From NCBI GenBank assembly GCA_030603385.1, contig JAUVXW010000041.1, positions 1 through 35,711 of the forward strand: a stretch of DNA of 35,711 bases. The letters run 5' to 3'. A program made the translations under genes and the position numbers. This document shows, piece by piece, positions 27,883 to 35,711 of the stretch (position 1 is its first letter; the number at the start of each line of letters is the position of its first letter). This stretch comes from Promethearchaeota archaeon (GTDB lineage: Archaea; Asgardarchaeota; Lokiarchaeia; Sigyniarchaeales; SOKP01). The notes under the pieces were generated by a model. It was not told the DNA's origin, searched no databases, and was given only the letters and a program-made list of their open reading frames with translations.

Positions 27883-28074
27883 AGCAACTCAACTAAACTT
27901 CGATATTGTAATTGTTGAATAGATCTATTCACTATAGAATTTTAATTTTATCATATTTTACAATAATTTAATCAAAAATTTTATTTTAAATCGCGTGTTT
28001 TCCAAATTATTCTTATATTTATTAATTCTAAGTTAGATCTTAGGAAGCTAAAAGAAAAGGAAAACTGAGAAAAA

Positions 28075-28236
28075 ATGCCGATTGATGATCCAGTGAAACG
28101 AAGAATTGCCCGATATCATTTATTGGAGAAAAGCGTTTGTCGGAAATGTGGAGCTTTAAATCCCGTTAAAGCTAAGAAATGTAGACGGTGTCGTAGTAAA
28201 GATTTACGACCAAAAAGAAGAGAATTAATAAAATAA
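28075..28236 (+). CDS. rpl40e: Ribosomal protein eL40 (53 aa, no ubiquitin fusion), not in the ORF track
   Basis: MPIDDPVKRRIARYHLLEKSVCRKCGALNPVKAKKCRRCRSKDLRPKRRELIK*. Confidence 0.96.
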   Translation: MPIDDPVKRRIARYHLLEKSVCRKCGALNPVKAKKCRRCRSKDLRPKRRELIK

Positions 28237-28454
28237 ATTAATTGTTTTATTAATCACTAATTTTTAAATATTAATTTTCATATCAAATTTATACAAATTT
28301 AAACATAAAATTCCTTAAAGTTCTAATATTAAATTTTTTCTGATTATAGCATAATTCGTAAACTTTTTTAATTTTATGACTTAGAGATCTATATATATAA
28401 ATTATTAATATCAAAAAAATTATTCAATATTAAATTAACAAAAAGTGAAAAAAA

Positions 28455-30146
28455 ATGGCACAATTAGGCGGAACACCCGTATTAATAATGAGAGAAGGCA
28501 CTGAGAGACAACGTGGTAGAGATGCTATGTCAAATAATATTGCTGCCGCAATTGTGATCGCAGAAGCCGTTCGTACATCACTAGGTCCCATGGGCATGGA
28601 TAAGATGCTCGTAGACCAATTTGGAGACGTTGTTATTACAAACGATGGAGCTACAATCCTAAAAGAGATTGACGTGCAACATCCTGCCGCTAAGATGATG
28701 GTTGAAGTCGCAAAAACTCAAGATTCTGAGGTGGGAGATGGAACCACTACATCAGTAATTCTTGCTGGTGAACTCTTAAAACGAGCCAAAAAACTTATAG
28801 AACAAAAGATTCATCCAACAGTTATTACCGAAGGATTTCGTAAAGCAGCTGATAAAGCAGTTGAAATTCTTGATGGAATGTCCATAAAAAGCGGTATTGA
28901 TGACGAAAAAGGTTTATTGGACTCTGCAATGACATGCATGTCTAGCAAAATCGTTTCCGAATCAAAAGAGAAACTAGCTAAAATATGTATGGATGCAATT
29001 AAGGCTGTTGCTGAAAAAAATGAGGACGGAAAGTGGTTAGCAGATATCGAAAAGGTTCAAATTCAAAAGAAAGCAGGAGAATCTATTGATGACACTAGCT
29101 TAATTCAAGGTATCATCCTAGACAAAGAAGTTGTAAGCCCTGGAATGCCAAAATTTGTAAAAGATGCTAAAATCCTACTCTTACAAAGCGCAATTGAGAT
29201 TCAAAAGACTGAATTCGATACCAAACTTCAGATCACCAGGCCTGAACAAATTCAAGAGTTTCTTGATGAAGAAGAAAAAATGATCAGGACCATGGTTGAA
29301 AAAATAGTGAAATCTGGAGCAAAAGTCGTTATCTGCCAAAAGGGAATCGATGATTTAGCTCAACATTTCTTATCTAAAGCTGATATCATGGTTGTAAGAA
29401 GAGTCAAAAAATCTGATATTGAAAAACTCTCAAAAGCCACTGGTGGAATGATCTATACAAATCTTGATGATATTACCGAAGACAAACTTGGATGGGCAGG
29501 ATTAGTAGAAGAACGTAAAATTATGAATGATAGCTGGATTTTTATTGAAGAATGTAAAGATCCAAAATCGGTCGTAATTCTTATAAGAGGTGGAACCGAT
29601 CTCGTAGTTGACGAAGTTGATAGGGCTATTCATGACGGTCTTTGCGTTGTTAGAGATGTCGTAGAAGATGAAAAACTCGTCGGTGGAGGTGGAGCTCCTG
29701 AAGTTGAGACCGCTATTCAATTACGAAAATACGCGTCTTCTCTAGGCGGACGCGAACAACTTGCTGTCGAAGTATTTGCTGATTCGCTTGATATTATCCC
29801 AAAAACCCTAGCAGAAAATGCTGGTTTAGACCAAATTGATACTCTCATGAAATTAAGAGCTGCTCATCAACAAGGCAATAAATTCGCCGGAACCAACTTA
29901 GACAATGGAGATGTAATCAACGATATGAGTAGTGTTGGCGTAGTTGAACCAACTGTCGTGAAAGTGCAAGCTATCAAAAGCTCTACTGAAGCAAGCTCAA
30001 TGATATTACGGATTGATGATGTAATTGCATCTGCGAAAAGTGCAATGCCCCCTGGGATGCCCCCTGGTGGACCTGGTGGTATGCCCCCAGGAATGGGTGG
30101 GGGTGGTATGGGTGGTATGGGAGGACTTCCTCCTGGTATGATGTAA
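28455..30146 (+). CDS. ths: Thermosome (group II chaperonin) subunit
   Basis: [30 protein letters not shown] and LRIDDVI; long PPGM/GGM tail. Confidence 0.98.
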   Translation: MAQLGGTPVLIMREGTERQRGRDAMSNNIAAAIVIAEAVRTSLGPMGMDKMLVDQFGDVVITNDGATILKEIDVQHPAAKMMVEVAKTQDSEVGDGTTTSVILAGELLKRAKKLIEQKIHPTVITEGFRKAADKAVEILDGMSIKSGIDDEKGLLDSAMTCMSSKIVSESKEKLAKICMDAIKAVAEKNEDGKWLADIEKVQIQKKAGESIDDTSLIQGIILDKEVVSPGMPKFVKDAKILLLQSAIEIQKTEFDTKLQITRPEQIQEFLDEEEKMIRTMVEKIVKSGAKVVICQKGIDDLAQHFLSKADIMVVRRVKKSDIEKLSKATGGMIYTNLDDITEDKLGWAGLVEERKIMNDSWIFIEECKDPKSVVILIRGGTDLVVDEVDRAIHDGLCVVRDVVEDEKLVGGGGAPEVETAIQLRKYASSLGGREQLAVEVFADSLDIIPKTLAENAGLDQIDTLMKLRAAHQQGNKFAGTNLDNGDVINDMSSVGVVEPTVVKVQAIKSSTEASSMILRIDDVIASAKSAMPPGMPPGGPGGMPPGMGGGGMGGMGGLPPGMM

Positions 30147-30153
30147 ATCTAAA

Positions 30154-30190
30154 TATTTTTTTAATTTATTTTTTCTTATTATTTATTTAA
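30154..30190 (+). terminator. Possible oligo-T terminator of ths
   Basis: Successive T-tracts directly after the stop codon; weak evidence in such AT-rich DNA. Confidence 0.35.
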
Positions 30191-30281
30191 TTAACCAAAT
30201 ATTAGTCAAAATTAACACAGTCTTTCTCTTATAGTTAATAGGCAATTAATCTAATATTTTAATTATATTAGAAGAATAAGG

Positions 30282-30725
30282 TTAAGAACCGATTGCTAAA
30301 TGAACTGTTTTCGTTTTAGAATCGTATCTAATGAATTCTAAATACAAATCGTCCAAATAATGCCCCCATATTCCATATGGACCGTCAGACTTCTTTCTAT
30401 TATAAAGCATCTCGTATGTTCCAGGATCTCCAACTTGACCCTCTTCTTCCGCATAGATTTTTTTATATGCTTTATAAATCCATTCGAATAGATCCTTTCG
30501 TGAAAAACCTCCCTTTTGTTCACGCTCATAGAGCACATCTACTGAAAGAGGGTAAGTTATTCGAAGCGTTATTTTTTCATCGGGAATAATTACCTCATCA
30601 GGATCGATTATCCGATTTTGTAATTCTTCATCCTCATAATCAATAATGTGTGGTGTCCCATGATCTTCAATATCTAAATAATAGATCATATATCCATAAG
30701 GATCAACTTGTCCATCTTTTTTCAT
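30282..30725 (-). CDS. Hypothetical protein with YPL...GF.R...Y..IY.EE and YGIWGH..DL.LE motifs
   Basis: Globular-looking 147-aa ORF, divergent from the GIY-YIG gene. Confidence 0.75.
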   Translation of the reverse strand: MKKDGQVDPYGYMIYYLDIEDHGTPHIIDYEDEELQNRIIDPDEVIIPDEKITLRITYPLSVDVLYEREQKGGFSRKDLFEWIYKAYKKIYAEEEGQVGDPGTYEMLYNRKKSDGPYGIWGHYLDDLYLEFIRYDSKTKTVHLAIGS

Positions 30726-30859
30726 GTTATATTATAAAATCTTATCTATTTAAAGAAAAATAAATTATATGGTTTATAATTAGTGCTAATTCTAAGATTC
30801 ATGATTGAAGTTTATATAGTCCTTATGAGATAAAATTTAAAAGACTCTAAAATTCAATT

Positions 30860-32725
30860 ATGGTTAAAAAAGAAATAAATCCATATGGTTATATTTATCG
30901 AGCGACTAATCGTTTAAATGGAAAGAATTACGTAGGTCAGACCGTTACAAGCCGTTGGGGGAATGATGAAATTCCTATAGAAGCACGTTGGAAAGAAGAG
31001 ATTCGAGAATCTTATTCAAGAAACAGAAGGGGAGAAGAACTCCGCAATATTGAAAAGGCAATAGTTAAATACGGTCCTGAAAATTTTGTATTGAGGGAAC
31101 AGGATAGAGCATATAGTCAAGAAGATTTAGATGCAAAAGAAACATATTGGATTAAGGATTATGATTCAATGAATCCAGATAAAGGATATAATATGACTGA
31201 GGGTGGTTTGGGAGGTAGACCGAGTGATGAAGTAAGAGAAAATATAAGCAATATTATAACAGATAAATGGGATAAGGATCCTGTGTATCGAAATAAGCAA
31301 GCCAATGAAAGGAGTGAAAGAGGACAAAATCCTGAATTTATAGAAAAAATGACACGAATTAATAAAGAAAAAGGAAAGAATCCTGAATTTAAAGAGAAAA
31401 TGACTAAGATCAATCAAGAAAAAGCGAAAAACCCAGAATGGAGAGAGAAAATGAGTCAAGTCGGTAAAGAAAAATGGAATGAGGATCCTGAATATAGGAA
31501 AAAACAGACCAATGAAAGGAGGGAGCGTGCAAAAAATCCAGAATGGAGAGAGAAAATGACCAGAATTAATCGGGAAATAACTCAAAGACCAGAATACAAA
31601 GAGAAAATGAGTCAAATCAGTAAAGAAAAATGGAAGGATCCAGAATATCAACAGAAACAAATAGATTCTCATGATAAATATAAAAAGAAGATAGAAGATA
31701 AGAGGGAGTTTTTAAATGAAGTAAAGAATAAAGTGCCAAAAAAGGAGCTGGTTGAGAAATATGGGATGGATGGTAAAACTTTGAATAGAAGGATTGAAGA
31801 AATGTTTGGATCGAATGGACCAAAGAATTATACAGAGTTAAAGGATCATTTACAGGATAAGAATGTTGATGATGTTTTGAAAGACATCGATAATAGAAGT
31901 GGTGAGAGACAGGATAGTTCAAGCGAAAACACAAATGAAGAGAAAAAAGAGGAGACATCTGAAGAATCAAAACAAGAGGAGGATAACGATGAGAAGCAAT
32001 CTGAAGAGAAAAGTGAGGAATTAAATGATAAGGAAAGTGAGGAATCAGATGAGGAGGCACCTGAAGTGCCATCTGAAGAGATCACGGAGGAGTCTACTGA
32101 AGAGGGTAGGGATGAAGGAAAGGATGAAACAACAGAGTCCGAATCTGAAGAATCTCAGGATCAGCCGTTAGAAGAAGGCACAGATATTTCAGATGGCAAA
32201 GAAGAGAAAGATAAGGAGAAGGATGATGAGAAAGGTGAAGAATCAACTGAGCAAATACTTGAGAAGGAAAATCCAATAGAAAAGGCTACTGATAATGAGT
32301 CAAGCGAGTCAATTGATAAAAAGAGTAAACCTGAAACTACAAAACCAAGGGACTCAGGATTGAAGGAGGGGGACATTATCTCTATTGAAATTATAGATGG
32401 CGATAAAAGTGTTGTAGTTCATGGTTCGATATATTCTGATAAGATCCATCCATATATCCTTACTTCGGGAGTAGAACAGAGGCAACCAGTTCAGAGAAGT
32501 TCCAAAGATTATGATGGTATTAATGAGAGTCCTAATGATAAGAGACGTGATTATGATGGGATCGACACGAACTCTGATAATGATAAAAGCGATATTAAAA
32601 CTTTAGATGGAGGAATTGATGAACAAGGCAACGACTATGATGGAATAGATAATCCTCAAGAGGATGTAGATAAGGATTATGATAAGATAGATGAGAGTTA
32701 TGGTGAGGGGGGTTATGAAGGATGA
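30860..32725 (+). CDS. GIY-YIG nuclease-domain protein with helical repeats and long acidic tail
   Basis: GYIYRATNRLNGKNYVGQT...RW..E...KETYWI...GYNM..GG is a homing-endonuclease-type GIY-YIG domain with R, E and N retained. Repeats, an HTH-like segment and a D/E-rich tail follow. Confidence 0.88.
   Translation: MVKKEINPYGYIYRATNRLNGKNYVGQTVTSRWGNDEIPIEARWKEEIRESYSRNRRGEELRNIEKAIVKYGPENFVLREQDRAYSQEDLDAKETYWIKDYDSMNPDKGYNMTEGGLGGRPSDEVRENISNIITDKWDKDPVYRNKQANERSERGQNPEFIEKMTRINKEKGKNPEFKEKMTKINQEKAKNPEWREKMSQVGKEKWNEDPEYRKKQTNERRERAKNPEWREKMTRINREITQRPEYKEKMSQISKEKWKDPEYQQKQIDSHDKYKKKIEDKREFLNEVKNKVPKKELVEKYGMDGKTLNRRIEEMFGSNGPKNYTELKDHLQDKNVDDVLKDIDNRSGERQDSSSENTNEEKKEETSEESKQEEDNDEKQSEEKSEELNDKESEESDEEAPEVPSEEITEESTEEGRDEGKDETTESESEESQDQPLEEGTDISDGKEEKDKEKDDEKGEESTEQILEKENPIEKATDNESSESIDKKSKPETTKPRDSGLKEGDIISIEIIDGDKSVVVHGSIYSDKIHPYILTSGVEQRQPVQRSSKDYDGINESPNDKRRDYDGIDTNSDNDKSDIKTLDGGIDEQGNDYDGIDNPQEDVDKDYDKIDESYGEGGYEG
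31277..31687 (+). repeat. Intragenic tandem repeat, about 17 aa (51 bp) x 8
   Basis: DPVYRNKQANERSERGQ / NPEFIEKMTRINKEKGK / NPEFKEKMTKINQEKAK / NPEWREKMSQVGKEKWNE / DPEYRKKQTNERRERAK / NPEWREKMTRINREITQ / RPEYKEKMSQISKEKWK / DPEYQQKQIDSHDKYKK. Confidence 0.9.
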
Positions 32726-32833
32726 TATATTGTTTTGGCAATCTCGAATTAAGTTAATCCAAGCTCCAGAACCATTTATCCCTCAATAATAGTACTTAAT
32801 GAAATATATATTATAATCTAAAAATTCCTGAAT

Positions 32834-32874
32834 GGTAAATTCAAAGTCTGATTTCAAAGGAATTCTAATGAAAA
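32834..32874 (+). repeat. Partial copy (C) of the dispersed intergenic repeat
   Basis: GGTAAATTCAAAGTCTGATTTCAA (32834-32857) differs at 1 position from the core of copy B. Confidence 0.7.
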
Positions 32875-33009
32875 AAATATTATATCTTCGAAATCCAAAG
32901 GGAAATATCCTATTAATTGAAGAATTCCAGGGGCTTCAATTGTAATTATGCTGCAATTTCAAGAATAACAAACAATTTAAACAAATTGTTTATACTTTGA
33001 CTAATTTAT

Positions 33010-34158
33010 TTATTTTTTATTTACTAATTGTTTAAGATCTATCTTTTCTGAAATCCAGTATTTATCAAGTATGCTACGTGCTTTTTCTCGCTTTTCTTGA
33101 TGATGTCTCAAAAATTTAACGATTTTTTCTATTAATATAGATTTACATTCACCACATAATCTTTCTCCGTTTAAACATTCGTTTCTTACGCTTAATAACT
33201 CTTCGTTATCTAAAATAAACATCATAAAGAAGTATTTAAACACAGAACATACATCAGGGGTTCCACCTAATTCTTTTTGCTCTTTAGCAGAACCACGACC
33301 ACCTGTAAAGGCATTTCCTACTTTCTTCCTCACTTCCTCTGCTGAATCAGTGGAGAAAATAGCATCTGTTCCATTGGTCGTAGACATTTTGCTTTGTTGC
33401 TTTAATCCAGGTAAGAAAATACACTGTATTGACGCAGGTTTGTAATACCCTAACTTTGGGAGCACATCTCGAGCAATCCGAAAATGTGGATCTTGATCAA
33501 CCGCATGAGGAATCAGACATGGAATGTTTCTTTCTTCAATTAAGCTTTTCAAAATCGCAGGTACCGCTTGCATACTAGTATAGAAGATTTGACCTATGTT
33601 TGAACTTTCAGTCAATCCAAACGTAGCTCGTATCATAGAAAAGGTGATTTTCTTCGCAATTCTTGCGGCATGTCTATAGAGGGTATTAGCTAACTCAATA
33701 TTAGAAAAAATAAAGGTCTTTTTTGGATCAAATCCAACTGCGATGACATCTAAAGCGTTTTCATAAGATAATTGATGAGTCTCCTCCAAAGAAAGATTTT
33801 CTTTAAAGTAAAATTTTTCATCATCCGTCATTTGAAACCATAATTCCACATTAAACGTATCTTGGAGCCACTTTGTAAAGATCCAAGGCATAATATGACC
33901 TATGTGGATATCTCCTGATGGACCTCTGCCAGTATATAAAAAAAATTTATTCCCTTGTTGATATTCATTTAAAATCCAATCTAAATCTCTATGAGCAAAA
34001 AAAATTCTCCTTTGTAGAAACGGATGATTGGAACCTGAAATTTGTTCTATAGTTTTCATGAGATTTGGATCTATTAACTTAATGCCGAATTGCTCTACTA
34101 ATTTCGTGTAATCAACATCACCGCTTACTTCCCAAGGTGTTACTATAAAGTCTTTCAT
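33010..34158 (-). CDS. trpS: Tryptophanyl-tRNA synthetase, archaeal/eukaryotic type
   Basis: VTPWEV, DY.KL...FG, YTGRGPS..IHIGH, TDDEK, VDQDPHFR, KMST and AFTGG. Confidence 0.97.
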   Translation of the reverse strand: MKDFIVTPWEVSGDVDYTKLVEQFGIKLIDPNLMKTIEQISGSNHPFLQRRIFFAHRDLDWILNEYQQGNKFFLYTGRGPSGDIHIGHIMPWIFTKWLQDTFNVELWFQMTDDEKFYFKENLSLEETHQLSYENALDVIAVGFDPKKTFIFSNIELANTLYRHAARIAKKITFSMIRATFGLTESSNIGQIFYTSMQAVPAILKSLIEERNIPCLIPHAVDQDPHFRIARDVLPKLGYYKPASIQCIFLPGLKQQSKMSTTNGTDAIFSTDSAEEVRKKVGNAFTGGRGSAKEQKELGGTPDVCSVFKYFFMMFILDNEELLSVRNECLNGERLCGECKSILIEKIVKFLRHHQEKREKARSILDKYWISEKIDLKQLVNKK

Positions 34159-34253
34159 TTAACTCATTAATTACTATTTTTTATTTAATTGATTAACCTT
34201 AAATTTTTTTTCTTATTTTGAACTCAATTACTCTCTTTGTTTTCAATTTTGAT

Positions 34254-34352
34254 ACAAGGTTCCAGCTTTTTTAAATTTTGTCCCAAATTTTATGAAAATT
34301 TGAATAGAAAGGTAAATTCAGAGTCTGATTTCGATGAAAATTCCTTTGAAAA
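34254..34352 (+). repeat. Dispersed ~99-bp repeat, copy A
   Basis: Ungapped match to 35322-35420 with 14 mismatches in 99 by manual count. Confidence 0.9.
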
Positions 34353-34417
34353 ACCAAACTGAAAGTAAAAAGGGATTTTTACATAGTTTTTTAGATAATA
34401 GTGAATTTTTTACTTTT

Positions 34418-35305
34418 ATGATTAAAATTGCCGGTATTCAGATAGCTCCTGTTTTTCTTGATGCACAAAAAACGTGGGAGAAATTGGAAGGATATATTAG
34501 GGAAGCCCAGACCAACGGAAGCGATTTGGTAACATGGGGTGAAACATTAATACCATGTTATCCTCATTGGATATGGCGAGATTTTCCATATAATCACCAG
34601 AGAACAATTTACGGGAAATACTGGGAAGAAGCTATTAAATTAAATGAAAGTCAGATTATTAAAGAAATGAAGGCTTTAGCGAAGGAATTAGGTATAATGA
34701 TGATGGGAGGGATTGCTGAGAAGTTTGGCGGATCAATTTACTGTTGTCTTTTAACAATAAGTAAAGAGGGAGAAATCTTAGGAAGGCATCGTAAGGTCAA
34801 ACCAACATATAGAGAACGCTTAGTTTGGGCTGATGGTGATGGATTGGGGCTCAAAACATATTCTCTAAATGATGTGAAGATTGGAGGTTTAAATTGTTAT
34901 GAAAATTGGCTCCCATTGGCGAGGGCGAGATTACATCTGCAAGAAGAAACATTACATGTTGCTGTGTGGCCTGGAAGTTTGATAGAAACACAAGATATAA
35001 CAAGGTTTATTGCCCTCGAAGGTCGATCTTGGGTGATTTCGATTTCAGGTCTCTACCGTTCTTCTGATGTCTCTAGTTATCTAAATGAGATTCTAAATGA
35101 AGATATCTTTCCTACAAAGGAAATAGTGGTGGGAAATGGGGGTTCGATGGTTGTAAACCCAACAGGAAAGGTTGTTACTGGTCCTCTAGTTGAAGAAGAG
35201 GGAATAATCTATGCAGATATTGATCCTATAGTTGCAATAGAAGAACGCTTTAATTTCGATATTAGCGGTCATTATTCACGCTTTGATATTTTCAACAAAC
35301 CTTAA
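34418..35305 (+). CDS. Nitrilase (carbon-nitrogen hydrolase family)
   Basis: Triad E (WGETLIPCYP), K (HRKVKPT..ER..W) and C (LNCYENW); ends FDISGHYSR. Start reassigned to ATG 34418 (MIKIAGIQ) because the longer ORF begins inside repeat A. Confidence 0.93.
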   Translation: MIKIAGIQIAPVFLDAQKTWEKLEGYIREAQTNGSDLVTWGETLIPCYPHWIWRDFPYNHQRTIYGKYWEEAIKLNESQIIKEMKALAKELGIMMMGGIAEKFGGSIYCCLLTISKEGEILGRHRKVKPTYRERLVWADGDGLGLKTYSLNDVKIGGLNCYENWLPLARARLHLQEETLHVAVWPGSLIETQDITRFIALEGRSWVISISGLYRSSDVSSYLNEILNEDIFPTKEIVVGNGGSMVVNPTGKVVTGPLVEEEGIIYADIDPIVAIEERFNFDISGHYSRFDIFNKP

Positions 35306-35321
35306 CCATCACAACCTAGAC

Positions 35322-35420
35322 ACAAGGTTCGATCCTTTTTAAATTTTATCCCAATTTCCTTTGAAATTGGAATGGAAAGGTAAATTCAGAGTCTGATTTC
35401 AATGAAAATTCATTTGAAAA
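35322..35420 (+). repeat. Dispersed ~99-bp repeat, copy B
   Basis: Direct repeat of 34254-34352, starting 16 nt after the nitrilase stop. Confidence 0.9.
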
Positions 35421-35595
35421 CACGAAGTAAAATCAAGAAAGATTCGGAATCGAAAAAGTTTTCTCAAAAAATATTAACTTTATGATTTAAAGTCTTAATT
35501 ATATATTCCTCACACTTTAATATCGTTATTTTTTATAATATTTATATAGCTAATTTATAATTTAATAAGGAAAGAATCATCCATATAGAAAGACA

Positions 35596-35711
35596 ATGAT
35601 AAAAGGAGTGTTTTTTGATCTTTATGGAACACTATTGATTTATAATGATTTGGAAAGGTCACAGGAGGACGGGCTTTTAGAAATATACAAATACTTAAGA
35701 AATTTAGGCTT
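35596..35711 (+). CDS. HAD-family hydrolase, 5' part running off the window
   Basis: MIKGVFFDLYGTLLIY... is HAD motif I. Confidence 0.8.
   Translation, partial: MIKGVFFDLYGTLLIYNDLERSQEDGLLEIYKYLRNLG

Noticed and set aside
28075-28236. Ubiquitin-eL40 fusion as in eukaryotes
   Set aside because: No ubiquitin-like frame lies upstream; it is a plain archaeal eL40.
3336-30589. Short overlapping ORFs in the track (3336, 4349, 6323, 10969, 12726, 13434, 14628, 15282, 17022, 17839, 20353, 21592, 23014, 26205, 29502, 30338, 30377)
   Set aside because: All overlap well-supported genes in antisense or alternate frames and have no recognisable motifs.
31277-31687. CRISPR array
   Set aside because: The periodicity is a degenerate in-frame protein repeat, not identical repeats with unique spacers; no cas genes are present.
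31159-32376. Six minus-strand ORFs inside the GIY-YIG gene
   Set aside because: Shadow frames caused by the purine-rich repetitive coding strand; the translations are F/S/L-rich with no motifs.
34334-34417. 28-aa N-terminal extension of the nitrilase
   Set aside because: Its ATG lies inside repeat copy A; the nitrilase fold begins at MIKIAGIQ (34418).
35296-35335. Classical integron attC site after the nitrilase
   Set aside because: A small AACCT/AGGTT hairpin exists, but matching RYYYAAC/GTTRRRY boxes with the L-box architecture are not convincing and are not shared with copy A.

Overview
Very AT-rich archaeal chromosomal segment. Archaeal informational genes (SepRS, archaeal-type ThrRS/AspRS/TrpRS, type II Map, TruD, Pth2, eL38, eL40, thermosome, Alba) occur together with eukaryotic-signature proteins (Rab-like GTPase, MPN+/JAMM protein, longin-like protein, BRO1-like protein), which points to an Asgard archaeon, most likely Lokiarchaeia (inference). 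Most of the window is housekeeping, with an accessory stretch at about 30.2-35.7 kb. Main observations: (1) an unannotated ~500-nt intergenic element (about 18893-19393) with its own TATA box, a 19-bp end-to-end helix and many nested helices whose mismatches are G-U pairs on the + strand, a candidate large structured ncRNA lacking RNase P and SRP signatures; (2) a 413-aa protein that by eye combines an ALIX/Bro1-like domain with a C-terminal TSG101-type steadiness box; (3) a ~99-bp hairpin-containing repeat bracketing a nitrilase gene, with a third partial copy; (4) a GIY-YIG protein with ~17-aa repeats and a long acidic tail with DYDGI repeats; (5) an in-frame TAG at a conserved Trp of SepRS; (6) a chimeric junction between a DUF1624 gene start and the 3' half of a GT87 gene. 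Family calls come from motif recognition by eye; no searches were run.
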